Positions 8,046 through 16,932 of a DNA stretch of 26,634 bases are shown here, piece by piece. Below the pieces are notes generated by a model. That model saw only the letters and a list, made by a program, of their open reading frames with translations, ran no database searches and had not been told where the DNA came from. The position numbers and the translations under genes are program-made. The DNA comes from a virus (Duplodnaviria; Heunggongvirae; Uroviricota; Caudoviricetes). The stretch's first letter is position 1; the number at the start of each line of letters is the position of its first letter. The DNA lies in IMG/VR virus record IMGVR_UViG_638341087_000020, positions 1 to 26,634 of that record; one strand, 5' to 3'.

Positions 8046-9370
8046 TGCACTGGCACCTTCAGAGGGATCACCGGCACAAAGCCGGGATGCGTAATGGCAT
8101 TACGCCGGATAATGTCCGCATCACGCGCCGCGTTATCAAACCAGGTCGCCGCCAGCACCAGCGCGGGTAAAACCTCATCCGGTGTGCGCTGAATGATCCG
8201 TGCAGACTGTTCAAGGCGCGTGTTGATATCCGCATTCAGATCTGCTTTCACCCGGCGCAGTGCCAGAAACAGCGCATCACTGGTTGTACGGGACAACTCC
8301 TTATCAATTGCCGTATTCAGTGTGTCGCGAATGTCAGTCAGTTCTTCCCACGTTGGCAGGTCAACCGTGTTTTTCACCGCCGGTGCATTGTTCAGTGCCG
8401 GATGCGTGACGGAAGGCCAGCCAGTGCTCTGCGCAGGTGTTGTTGACTGCCCCACTGCGGCATTCTGCATCACCGCGGAAGTTGTTGGCGCAGGCAATCG
8501 GGTGACGGCATACGCCGCTTCGCTGATTGCGGTCGTACGAAGGGTGCTGGCAACCTCGTTACGCTGATGCGTCGCCGTGGCGGTGGTTTTACTGTCCGTT
8601 TTCCAGACGCCGCGCGGTTGCAGATCGCTGCCGAGGCTGACACCGGAAAGCGTTTTGATCATGGTGACCAGGTCGCTGGCGTTACCATAAAGGCGTTTCC
8701 CGGTACGCCACATTTTCTGCACCTGCTCAACGAAATTTTTGCCTGACGATGGTGGCGGCAGAAGTACCGAGATATCCCCCTGCAACAGCCTGGCAGCATC
8801 CGATACGGCAGAATCCACCACTTTCATCGCATCAGAAACATACCCAAGCATTGTGCTGGCATTACCGACGACGTCGTTCTGCACAAAATCCGCCACGCCA
8901 TCGATACTGAAACCGCTGAAGCTGTCACTGATGCAGTCATCCAGTGCAGAACAGGATGACATCAGCGTCTGCGCCGTCGCCGCACCTGATGTGGGGTAAG
9001 AGAGTTCTCCCGCTTCGACAAACTTCAGGTCAAAGCGGACAATACGCCCTTCACTCTTCGATGTGCTGACCCGAACCTCTCCGTCAACACAGACTTTCAG
9101 CTCACCGTAAGTCGGATGGACAAGCGTGCCGGGACCGGGTTTATTCAGCGCGTCAATCAGGCGATCGCGCTGGTCAAAGCAGTCATCTCCCACCACATAA
9201 GCCGTGATGGACGGGCGGAAAGTGATTTTCCCCAGGTCTTCGGTATAGGGTTTGTCGCGGTTCGGGTATTCGTGCGTTTCCACACGACGACCGATTCCCG
9301 CACTTTCTTCTTCAACCTTAAACGGCACACCGCGAAATGACGCGTCCTGAAGTCTGTCTTTCCACGTCAT
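8042..9370 (-). CDS. Mu gp43-like protein (DNA circulation protein N family)
   Basis: ORF-track frame trimmed to the ATG at 9370 (MTWKDRLQDASFRGVPF..), which has GGAG 5 nt upstream. The upstream in-frame extension begins with a non-ATG codon and overlaps a terminator hairpin. Confidence 0.65.
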   Translation of the reverse strand: MTWKDRLQDASFRGVPFKVEEESAGIGRRVETHEYPNRDKPYTEDLGKITFRPSITAYVVGDDCFDQRDRLIDALNKPGPGTLVHPTYGELKVCVDGEVRVSTSKSEGRIVRFDLKFVEAGELSYPTSGAATAQTLMSSCSALDDCISDSFSGFSIDGVADFVQNDVVGNASTMLGYVSDAMKVVDSAVSDAARLLQGDISVLLPPPSSGKNFVEQVQKMWRTGKRLYGNASDLVTMIKTLSGVSLGSDLQPRGVWKTDSKTTATATHQRNEVASTLRTTAISEAAYAVTRLPAPTTSAVMQNAAVGQSTTPAQSTGWPSVTHPALNNAPAVKNTVDLPTWEELTDIRDTLNTAIDKELSRTTSDALFLALRRVKADLNADINTRLEQSARIIQRTPDEVLPALVLAATWFDNAARDADIIRRNAITHPGFVPVIPLKVPVQ

Positions 9371-9385
9371 ATAAACTCCGTACAT

Positions 9386-9408
9386 AAAAAATCCCACCGG
9401 AGTGGGAC
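9386..9408 (-). terminator. Candidate intrinsic terminator/attenuator between tape-measure and baseplate genes
   Basis: On the minus strand a 6-bp stem (TCCCAC/GTGGGA), 4-nt loop, then TTTTTT, followed directly by the RBS of the next gene. Confidence 0.45.
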
Positions 9409-9430
9409 TCATTAACAGATTAATTTTTCA

Positions 9431-11266
9431 TTACCTGCCAAAGCGCGTATAGCCAACATCATGGCTGACATCAAAACCGCTGGATCGCGTTTCCATAACC
9501 CGCATACCCGGAGGCGAATTCACAAAAGAGACCTTGATCTCACCATCAACTTTTGGCGCAGTAGCTTTATTAATCATGAAGGGATTCGGGCCTGTGGCAT
9601 CGGAGGCGTTGTTTGACTGAGCCAGATCTACCGCCGGATAAGGTGTGTATCCCCGTGCCGGTATTCCCGTCCCATAAGCATCATAAGCACCCGCGCCCCA
9701 CTGCGCAGAGTTAATGGCATCGACCGTGTCTCCGGAACTGTCGGTAAACCACTCAATAATTGGCTTCAGCTTGTCCCACATATCCTGAAACCACTTAACA
9801 ACCGGCCCCCAGTTATTGATCACCATCCCCAGCGGCGACCAGGCAAAAACTTTCTTAAGGAGTTCCCAGCCAGCCTCAAAATAAGGACCAATGGTTTCCC
9901 AGAGCTTCTTGAAATAAGGTCCGACAACATCCCAGTTAGTGATAATTAATCCCGCAGCCAGGGCTATCGCCGTCGCAATCATGCCAATCGGCGTCATCGA
10001 CATGATCCTGCTGACAATGCTGATGGCACTGCCCACGCCCATCAATCCCAGTTTCAGAATCGCAAGACCGGCAGCAAGCCCGACGACGCCGCGAATAACC
10101 CGGGGATTTTCATCCGCAAACTTCGTGAATTTTTCCCCCAACTCCCCCAGCCATTGCGTGATATTTTTAGCGTCACCAGAAAATGCGCCGCCAATAGCTG
10201 CAAGACCGTTAGTTGCGGTCCCCGTCATTGCCTCCCACAGGTTGGACAGCGTACCAAGCTGTGCCTGAACACGTTTATTCAGGCTGGCCTGTTTATGCAT
10301 CTTCTGCTGGATCTGATCGTAACCATCCTTTCCTTTATCGATCAGAGCATTGACCACCTGAAGGGTTTCGGCATCATCACCAAATATTGCCTTAAGTACA
10401 CCGGTTCGCTTAACGTCGGTCAGTTTTCGCAGCTTTGCCAGTTGCCTGAACATGTTATCAAGACCGCCAAAACTCCCTTTGCCATCAGTAAAATCGAGCT
10501 GTACCCCGAGTTTCTGGCGGGCCATGATTTTATTGACGTCCCTGATTTTCTTAACGCTTAATCCGGACTGGATAACTTTTCGCAGGGCATTACCTGCCGA
10601 CTCCCCGTTCATCCCCATCTGATCCATCATGACACTGATGGGGGCAAGACTCTGTGCAGCCTGAAGACCGTCCTTATTCACCATCTTCAGAACAGAGCTG
10701 GTTTTAGTGAAGAATGACAGCATGTTGGTGTCGTCAACGCCCAGATAAAACGCCTTCTGAATTGTGTCGAACAGCCCCATCATGTCTTCTGAGGCCGTTC
10801 CGGTAGCATCCTGCATCTTTGCGGCAAACTCGGCAGCCGCTTCCGGTGTTTTTTTCAGTTGTACCGCAAGATAAGCTGTCGCTTTACCCACACCACCCAG
10901 AATGTTTTCTGCCGGGATCCCCTGACGCACCAGCATCTGCATCATGTTCTGGAAATCAGCCGTTGTACCGGGTAGCTGGTTACCCAGGCCAATAGCCAGT
11001 TTATTGATGTCCTGAAAGCTCTTTCCGACCTCACCGTTCGCATCCATCATGGCAACTTTCAGCCCGGTGGCGGCGTTTTCCTGATCGGCATAAGATTTCA
11101 GGGAAAGCGTCAGACCCGCAGCCAGTCCGCCACCAAGCGCCAGCCCACCCTGTGACGCTTCTTCCGCCTGGCGTTTAAATCCCCGGATTTTCTTTTGCAT
11201 TTTCGACAGCGCGGGAGAAAGCCTGTCGACACCGGTGATCAACGCCTTAAGCTCAAATTCAGCCAT
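9431..11266 (-). CDS. Tail tape-measure protein
   Basis: 611-aa ORF, Ala/Gly/Leu-rich with a C-terminal hydrophobic region; follows the chaperone pair and precedes baseplate genes. AGGAGA 9 nt upstream of the ATG. Confidence 0.8.
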   Translation of the reverse strand: MAEFELKALITGVDRLSPALSKMQKKIRGFKRQAEEASQGGLALGGGLAAGLTLSLKSYADQENAATGLKVAMMDANGEVGKSFQDINKLAIGLGNQLPGTTADFQNMMQMLVRQGIPAENILGGVGKATAYLAVQLKKTPEAAAEFAAKMQDATGTASEDMMGLFDTIQKAFYLGVDDTNMLSFFTKTSSVLKMVNKDGLQAAQSLAPISVMMDQMGMNGESAGNALRKVIQSGLSVKKIRDVNKIMARQKLGVQLDFTDGKGSFGGLDNMFRQLAKLRKLTDVKRTGVLKAIFGDDAETLQVVNALIDKGKDGYDQIQQKMHKQASLNKRVQAQLGTLSNLWEAMTGTATNGLAAIGGAFSGDAKNITQWLGELGEKFTKFADENPRVIRGVVGLAAGLAILKLGLMGVGSAISIVSRIMSMTPIGMIATAIALAAGLIITNWDVVGPYFKKLWETIGPYFEAGWELLKKVFAWSPLGMVINNWGPVVKWFQDMWDKLKPIIEWFTDSSGDTVDAINSAQWGAGAYDAYGTGIPARGYTPYPAVDLAQSNNASDATGPNPFMINKATAPKVDGEIKVSFVNSPPGMRVMETRSSGFDVSHDVGYTRFGR

Positions 11267-11677
11267 GTGTGCGTTTCTCCTGCTCTATCCTGTTTGCCTG
11301 ACTGACCAGCAAGGGAATTTCACTGATCGGCATATTCAGCAATTCGAAGGGATTAATGCGCCAGTAACTGGCGCAGTCAAAGAAGCGATCAGTGAGGTAT
11401 TCAGCCGTCAGCCCTGGAGGAAAAAACCGGCCACAAGCCACGCCGCTGCATTCAGGTCTGCCGGAGACATCTGGTCGACAGAGCTTTGCGGCACTTTCGC
11501 CAGCCGCACAATGTATTTCGACACCACATGCGCCAGAAGTCTGACGGACTCATCCTGATTCATCTGGTAGGGATACCCCAGCTCGCGGACATCCTTCCCG
11601 GTGGGTTCATCAAACTCCAGTACGGAGAGTGTCTCACCATGAGCGATAATCGGTTTCTTTAACTCAAGCTCTTTCAT
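11259..11677 (-). CDS. Tail assembly chaperone, long form made by programmed -1 frameshift (gpGT / E+E' analogue)
   Basis: The downstream ORF (11259-11441) has no ATG, sits in the -1 frame and overlaps the short form exactly at T_TTT_TTC. Its product would be about 85 aa of the short form plus about 52 aa. Confidence 0.5.
11408..11677 (-). CDS. Tail assembly chaperone (short form; lambda gpG / P2 gpE analogue)
   Basis: 89-aa ORF between the tail tube and tape-measure genes. Its 3' end overlaps a -1 frame ORF across a TTTTTTC slippery heptamer. Confidence 0.65.
   Translation of the reverse strand: MKELELKKPIIAHGETLSVLEFDEPTGKDVRELGYPYQMNQDESVRLLAHVVSKYIVRLAKVPQSSVDQMSPADLNAAAWLVAGFFLQG
11420..11426 (-). 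other. Slippery heptamer T_TTT_TTC for -1 ribosomal frameshifting
   Basis: The minus strand reads ..GCC GGT TTT TTC CTC CAG GGC TGA in the zero frame; a -1 slip gives ..TTT TTT CCT CCA GGG.., continuing the 11259-11441 ORF. Confidence 0.5.
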
Positions 11678-12033
11678 TACTGGTAATCCCCTTCTTCACC
11701 GTGGAACTCAAGATCAACCGTGCCTTCTTCGGCATTATGGTTCGCTTCTCCGTGCAGCCAGGCGGACGACAATACATAGACCTGACCGTTCGCCAGCTCG
11801 GCAGTGATGGTCATCTCATCAGACGAGGTGATTTTGCTCACCGGAAAATTCTTCGGCACCTTGAAGGTCCCTTTGACATAAGGCGCACGGTGAGTTTCCT
11901 TGCGGTCCACTGAACCGTCCAGGCCGATGATGTCATCATTGACCGTCCTGTTCATGGGCACCTCAATGCCGCCGGTCAGCGATAGCTGCTGACCGTCAAT
12001 TTTGAAATAACAGGTTCCCCCGATACGGGCCAT
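11677..12033 (-). CDS. Tail tube protein (contractile tail)
   Basis: 118-aa ORF immediately downstream of the sheath gene, with the start overlapping the sheath stop. Confidence 0.7.
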   Translation of the reverse strand: MARIGGTCYFKIDGQQLSLTGGIEVPMNRTVNDDIIGLDGSVDRKETHRAPYVKGTFKVPKNFPVSKITSSDEMTITAELANGQVYVLSSAWLHGEANHNAEEGTVDLEFHGEEGDYQ

Positions 12034-13529
12034 TATGCAGACTCCTCTGAATACTGAAGACGGAACTGGTTAACCACGGCAAAAACACGCAACTGGTTAA
12101 CATAGTCAGGCGGGAACAGCGTGTTCAGGCGGTTCGGATCGCTGGCATCACGCTCCACAACCAGGTACTGCTTAAACAGTTCGTAGTTTTCCACGATCCC
12201 CGCACGCTCAAGCTGACGGTAGGTTGCCAGCAGTTCCCCTTTGATTACCGCCGGGGTGACAATCGCCTGACCGGGACCAAAGCGGGTACCGTCGCTGGCA
12301 AGCTTGTGACGCCCGTACTTACTGGTAATGACGGATTTCAGTTTGCGCAGTACATACGCACTGGTATGCAGCGTCTCGCTGTCGAGGTAGCTGTTATCCG
12401 CAACCCCGTAAGCGTTTTTCCTGTACGTGGTGACATCACGCTGAATGCGCAGCACCCCGCTTTCGACATACGCCGTTGCCACGCCATGAGACAGCAGGGT
12501 CTGCTGCTCGGTCATCGTGAACCGTTTCCCCTTCGGCGCAGGCAGCATACCCACCAGCTCACCGGTCTGCGTGGGACGTGCCGGATCGTTGCGGATAAAC
12601 ACCGCTGCGCGGGCGGTACGGCTTGCCGCCAGCTCGTCGGCAGGCGTCTGGGTCTCTTTTTCGTACCCCGCCAGGGTAATGTGCTGCTGGTTAAACTGGT
12701 CACCTGCGGTCACCAGTTCTGACAGCGTGCCGATCTTTGCCGTATACACATGACCATACAGCTGACGCGCATAGCTCCAGCGACCGCTGGTATCGTTCAT
12801 CTCGGTCACCAGTGTGTTAACGGAGGCCGTGTCGTTGAACGGCAGGCCGATATAATCAAACGGCTCATCCGCCATTGCAGCCACCGCGCCGGTGAGAACA
12901 GGAGAGCCCGTTCCGGCGGTCCCCGTCGCCACGGCAATCTGTACGCCCGCAGGCAGCACTTCGCCCCCACCAAAGCCGTAGTAATTGAGGCTGACAGGAA
13001 TTTCATTCCCGCAAAGCCCCTTATGACGCGCGGTCAGTGTGACCACGCCAGCCGAAGATGAGGCCGTAAACGGCAGGGCCGGAGCGGCATTGATGGCATC
13101 CTGGATACTGCTGGCAATCGTCGTGACGTTATCGCCGTTAGTCACCGGTGCCTGCACGCGGGTACGTCCCACATAAACATTCACCGTGCCGGTTTCGGTT
13201 GCCGCCCCGGTCACCGTCAGCGTAACTGTTGCCGCCGCGCCCGTGGATTCAGGAACGGCAATTACATACAGTTCACCAAACGGGTCGGTCTGGCGATAAG
13301 CCTCGACCATACGCGCCAGCTGACTTCCCGCACCACAAATCTGGCGTGCATAGTCTGCCGACGGCATCAGCAACAGACTGTTGGCAACAATCTCTGCACC
13401 GTTATTGGCATGACCAATCAGCAGCGATGCTCCGCTGTCCTGTGCAGTATTCGCCGCCTGGTTATCCATTTCCGCATAAAACAGCGGAACCAGCGTATTC
13501 GACGGAATGGTGTTAAAGCTTATCGTCAT
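12033..13529 (-). CDS. Tail sheath protein (contractile tail)
   Basis: 498-aa ORF; size, composition and position upstream of the tube gene are typical of myovirus sheath proteins. Confidence 0.85.
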   Translation of the reverse strand: MTISFNTIPSNTLVPLFYAEMDNQAANTAQDSGASLLIGHANNGAEIVANSLLLMPSADYARQICGAGSQLARMVEAYRQTDPFGELYVIAVPESTGAAATVTLTVTGAATETGTVNVYVGRTRVQAPVTNGDNVTTIASSIQDAINAAPALPFTASSSAGVVTLTARHKGLCGNEIPVSLNYYGFGGGEVLPAGVQIAVATGTAGTGSPVLTGAVAAMADEPFDYIGLPFNDTASVNTLVTEMNDTSGRWSYARQLYGHVYTAKIGTLSELVTAGDQFNQQHITLAGYEKETQTPADELAASRTARAAVFIRNDPARPTQTGELVGMLPAPKGKRFTMTEQQTLLSHGVATAYVESGVLRIQRDVTTYRKNAYGVADNSYLDSETLHTSAYVLRKLKSVITSKYGRHKLASDGTRFGPGQAIVTPAVIKGELLATYRQLERAGIVENYELFKQYLVVERDASDPNRLNTLFPPDYVNQLRVFAVVNQFRLQYSEESA

Positions 13530-13683
13530 CGGTGTTCACCTTTTTATTCACGCGCCGGATATCACCCGCTGCTTCACGGCGCAGCCAGTAGTTGTTCTCG
13601 TCAACATTTCGCCCCTCGGCGGGCAAAAGGTCACCGCGGGCAGGGTCAGGCACTGACCGCCCTTTAACAGGTTTCACAAACAT
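13513..13683 (-). CDS. Small hypothetical protein (56 aa) upstream of the sheath gene, not in the ORF track
   Basis: Hand-translated ATG-to-TAA frame MFVKPVKGRSVPDPARGDLLPAEGRNVDENNYWLRREAAGDIRRVNKKVNTDDDKL. Fills the gap between two structural genes and overlaps the sheath start by 17 nt; no strong RBS. Confidence 0.35.
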   Translation of the reverse strand: MFVKPVKGRSVPDPARGDLLPAEGRNVDENNYWLRREAAGDIRRVNKKVNTDDDKL

Positions 13684-13691
13684 GAAGATTC

Positions 13692-14252
13692 TCAGGAAGG
13701 AAGGGTTATTTCGGTGTGATGTTCGATATCGCCGTCAGGCCCGTTACCGGGATCGAGATAATCAACATCAATCGCCAGCGTTCGCAGTTCATCCAGACTG
13801 TTCAGGTCATCCTGCTGGCGGGTATCGTCTTCAGTCAGCTCGCTGATGATCGAAAAATCGAACTGATAAATCAGCTCATGACGATTCAGATCCAGCAGCG
13901 TGCCGCCGTCATAGTTAATCGGGTTACCGCACTCTTCCGGGTTCCAGCCCAGCAGGGCCTTAAAGAGCATCTGCCGGACATCGTCCACCACATCATACGA
14001 AGCAAACTGACCGCGCTCATCACGCCCGTTACTCAGTATGACAACCACGGAGAAGCCCTCTTTCAGCTCCTGCCAGTAGTCGGTCTGGCTTTTGTTTTCT
14101 CCCGGAGAATCATCCCCCGGTACCACATACGCCGCCGGGAGTCTCAGCTTTCCGACCTCCGGCAGATTTTTGAACTGTGCCGCGCCTGCCACCCGGTTTT
14201 CAAAATACGGGCAGCGGGCACGCAGCGCAGCAATAACAGGCGTCAGTTTCAT
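13692..14252 (-). CDS. Tail-proximal structural protein (Mu gp37-like; tail terminator/completion candidate)
   Basis: 186-aa acidic ORF immediately upstream of the sheath gene in the structural operon. Confidence 0.5.
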   Translation of the reverse strand: MKLTPVIAALRARCPYFENRVAGAAQFKNLPEVGKLRLPAAYVVPGDDSPGENKSQTDYWQELKEGFSVVVILSNGRDERGQFASYDVVDDVRQMLFKALLGWNPEECGNPINYDGGTLLDLNRHELIYQFDFSIISELTEDDTRQQDDLNSLDELRTLAIDVDYLDPGNGPDGDIEHHTEITLPS

Positions 14253-14755
14253 CTGTGTCGTCGCTCCGGCTTCAGTGATTTACGCAATTCCCGCGCCAGA
14301 AAATAGCGTGTCCAGCTGCGGTTCTTTTCAAGAGTTTCCACCATGAAGTTATTACGTGGAGCCAGTCGCCAGCCGCTGCCACCGGATGCACCACGATGAT
14401 GGCTGCGACGACGCTTTGCCCCTCGCCTCACGCCATAGAACAAAAAAGCCGGATAAAAATCACCGGTGATACGGCGGTTTCCCTCTCCATTACGCTGGTT
14501 AGGGGCTATACGTGCCATAAAACCAGGGCGATGTTTACTGGCTCTGGGTACCATGTAACCAATCGAACGAGCCAGGCGTCCGGTCTGATAACCGGGGTTT
14601 TCACCCGGTGCCGACCGCGCACGGCGCATCACCAGCCGACGGGCATCACGCATATGACGCTGACCAATCGTGACAAACGCCCGCCGGACACGGGCGCGGT
14701 TAAAGCGCATCTCCGCGGGCTGCTGAAAATCAACGTGCAAAAAGGAAGTCGTCAT
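14249..14755 (-). CDS. Virion morphogenesis/neck protein (HK97 gp10-like candidate)
   Basis: 168-aa, very Arg-rich ORF in the head-tail joining block. Confidence 0.45.
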   Translation of the reverse strand: MTTSFLHVDFQQPAEMRFNRARVRRAFVTIGQRHMRDARRLVMRRARSAPGENPGYQTGRLARSIGYMVPRASKHRPGFMARIAPNQRNGEGNRRITGDFYPAFLFYGVRRGAKRRRSHHRGASGGSGWRLAPRNNFMVETLEKNRSWTRYFLARELRKSLKPERRHR

Positions 14756-15140
14756 TGTTGCCTCCGTGACTCTGCCTACATTCGCCCAGCTCCGTACACT
14801 CCAGCAGCAGAAAGCGCCGCGCCCCGTTCAGATCGCGCTGACGTTTCACCCGGTACACACTGTCACCGCAGACCACCTCATAATCAGCGGTGATCCCCCG
14901 GCGGTAACGAATGGTGATGTAATGGGTGATGGCGTCCCCGGTCTGCGCGGTTTCCTGCCAGGTGGTGGCACTGGTCTGGACAACCTTCGCCCATGTCCGG
15001 AACGCAACCGGGTATTGAGGCTCCACGCCAAAGTTATCCGCGGGCATATCCACCCGCTGGCGGATCAGGACGCGTTTATTCAGTTCACCGGGGTCCGGCA
15101 GAATGTAGGTTGCGCTGGTCTGCGCCTGACGAATTTTCAT
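14730..15140 (-). CDS. Head closure / head-tail adaptor protein candidate
   Basis: 136-aa ORF in the head-tail joining block downstream of the connector-like gene. Confidence 0.5.
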   Translation of the reverse strand: MKIRQAQTSATYILPDPGELNKRVLIRQRVDMPADNFGVEPQYPVAFRTWAKVVQTSATTWQETAQTGDAITHYITIRYRRGITADYEVVCGDSVYRVKRQRDLNGARRFLLLECTELGECRQSHGGNNDDFLFAR

Positions 15141-15460
15141 TGCGGGAAATACCTGTACGGGCCGACAAGCCAGTTAAAGCTCATTGGCAACTCCATTTTC
15201 TCAACGTCTGTAACCGACGAGCGATTTTCGTAAAAATGGCTGATAAGCATCAGCATCCCCAGACGAATATCATCCGGCAGGTGCAGCCCGTCCGGATCGC
15301 TGTCCGGAATGGTTTCATCCGGAGCATAGAGCTTCCGGTTCAGATACGTTTCCGTCCGCTTTTGCGCCGCACAGGCCAGCAGTTGCAGATGGCGGTCATC
15401 AGCATCGAAATCCTCATCCAGCCGGAGTTGGGCTTTAATCTCTTCCATTGTCAGAAGCAT
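15137..15460 (-). CDS. Head-tail connector protein (gp6-like candidate)
   Basis: 107-aa acidic ORF shortly downstream of the major capsid gene. Confidence 0.55.
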   Translation of the reverse strand: MLLTMEEIKAQLRLDEDFDADDRHLQLLACAAQKRTETYLNRKLYAPDETIPDSDPDGLHLPDDIRLGMLMLISHFYENRSSVTDVEKMELPMSFNWLVGPYRYFPQ

Positions 15461-15462
15461 AC

Positions 15463-15663
15463 TCAGCCCTCTTTACTGGTCGTGGCTTTTTTCTCTTTTG
15501 TCGCTTTACTGCTTTTTGCACTGGTTCCGCGCTCTGCTAACCCGGCCTGAAGTGCAATCTCCTGCACCCGGGCAGGAAGCGCCCCGTCGTCATACTCACC
15601 GGCCCGAATGACCTCAACACGCATACCGTCCGGTGACCATTTCAGATCTTGTTTCAGGATCAT
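15463..15663 (-). CDS. Small hypothetical protein with Lys/Ser/Thr-rich tail
   Basis: 66-aa ORF filling the gap between the major capsid and connector-like genes. Confidence 0.35.
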   Translation of the reverse strand: MILKQDLKWSPDGMRVEVIRAGEYDDGALPARVQEIALQAGLAERGTSAKSSKATKEKKATTSKEG

Positions 15664-15712
15664 GATTCTTCACCCGTCAGAACAGGGGGCGCGGTTCCGC
15701 GCCCCTGAGTGA

Positions 15713-16918
15713 TTACGCCGCAGCAATCTTCAGCAGTTTGATGGCCTGCGAATCGACCAGCATGCCGCCGGTGCGCTTGGTGGTATAAAAACCGACAAAC
15801 GGTTTATTGGTGTACGGATCGCGAAGAATGCGGGTACCGATACGGTCAACGATGGTGTAACCCCGTTTGAAGTTACCAAATGCAATGGCTTTCGCATCCG
15901 CGGCAATATCCGGCATCTGCTCGTTTTCAGCGATACCGTAACCCGCCAGAGAGGATGGCTGCCCCAGTTCCAGCCCAGGACGCCACAGATAGTTACCCTC
16001 GGTGTCTTTCAGCAGACGGATGGCAAACAGGCTGTTGTTGTTCATCATGAACTTCGCGCCAGTGCGGTGTGCCTTACGCAGCGTGTAAATCAGTTTGATA
16101 ATGGCGTCTGCGGTCACCGCGGTCGCTTCGCCGGATACAATATGCTGAAGTTTGCCGAACGCCCGGACCTTGTCGGTTTCATCAGTGGATTCATACGCCA
16201 GGAACCCTTTCGGCTTCTTGGTGCCATCGCCTGAGGTAAAGGCAATTTCTTCCTGTTCGGCAAATTCGGTTGCCAGCTCGCTGTTGATCCAGGCCTCCAC
16301 GTTGAAGAAGGCATCGTCCAGCATTTTCTGGGTAGCCTGCGGGTTGCCGTAAATTTCCCCCATGAGAGGTTCAATCAGCTCCAGTCTGGAGGTGGCAGTC
16401 TGGGATCGCGTATCCGTTTCCCCCACCCATCCGGAAGCCGTACCGCCCAGATTCACCAGTTTTTTGTAGTCGGAACCGCCAACGGTGATCACCGTGGCTT
16501 CCTGACGCATCACTACTTCATCTTTCAGCAGGTTAAGAATGTTGCGATCCAGTTCTTCCGGCACGGCGTAGCCACCGTCTTCATCGGTACCCACCTGCAA
16601 TGCCTTACGCTCCAGATCGCGCAGACCGTCTTCACGGCCCTTACGCAGGAAGCCCACAAACGCCTCTTTATGCTCGGTGGCCAGTTTATTTTGCGCTCCA
16701 CCAGCCGGACGTTTCAGCTCAAGCAGCTCTTTTTCAAGGTCGCTTTTGAGATTTTCCAGCTCGCTGAGTTTCCCGTTCAGGGTTTCCACCTGCCCGGCAA
16801 GCTTGCCTTTTTCCTGCTCAATCGCATCCACGCGCTTGTCGTTCTTTGCTTTGAAGTCGTCAAACTTCTGCTGCAGCTCCTGCGCGACCTGTTCGACATC
16901 TTTAATATCAACCGCCAT
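15713..16918 (-). CDS. Major capsid protein, HK97 fold, with N-terminal coiled-coil delta (scaffold) domain
   Basis: 401-aa ORF with AGGAGA 6 nt upstream. N-terminal about 100 aa is a heptad-rich coiled coil (..LAGQVETLNGKLSELENLKSDLEKELLELK..) as in HK97-type capsid precursors; follows protease and portal. Confidence 0.85.
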   Translation of the reverse strand: MAVDIKDVEQVAQELQQKFDDFKAKNDKRVDAIEQEKGKLAGQVETLNGKLSELENLKSDLEKELLELKRPAGGAQNKLATEHKEAFVGFLRKGREDGLRDLERKALQVGTDEDGGYAVPEELDRNILNLLKDEVVMRQEATVITVGGSDYKKLVNLGGTASGWVGETDTRSQTATSRLELIEPLMGEIYGNPQATQKMLDDAFFNVEAWINSELATEFAEQEEIAFTSGDGTKKPKGFLAYESTDETDKVRAFGKLQHIVSGEATAVTADAIIKLIYTLRKAHRTGAKFMMNNNSLFAIRLLKDTEGNYLWRPGLELGQPSSLAGYGIAENEQMPDIAADAKAIAFGNFKRGYTIVDRIGTRILRDPYTNKPFVGFYTTKRTGGMLVDSQAIKLLKIAAA

Positions 16919-16932
16919 CGTATTTCTCCTGA

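Noticed and set aside
5026-8567. Numerous 60-150-aa ORFs antisense to, or out of frame within, the baseplate genes (for example 5026-5277, 6005-6463, 6745-7038, 7154-7522, 8193-8567)
   Set aside because: GC-rich DNA produces long spurious open frames; all are nested in better-supported genes, and their translations are Arg/Pro/Ala-rich low-complexity sequence.
12306-14893. Plus-strand ORFs overlapping the sheath and neck genes (for example 12306-12722, 13716-14306, 14396-14893)
   Set aside because: Shadow ORFs opposite strongly supported structural genes; Arg- and Cys-rich translations with no start signals.
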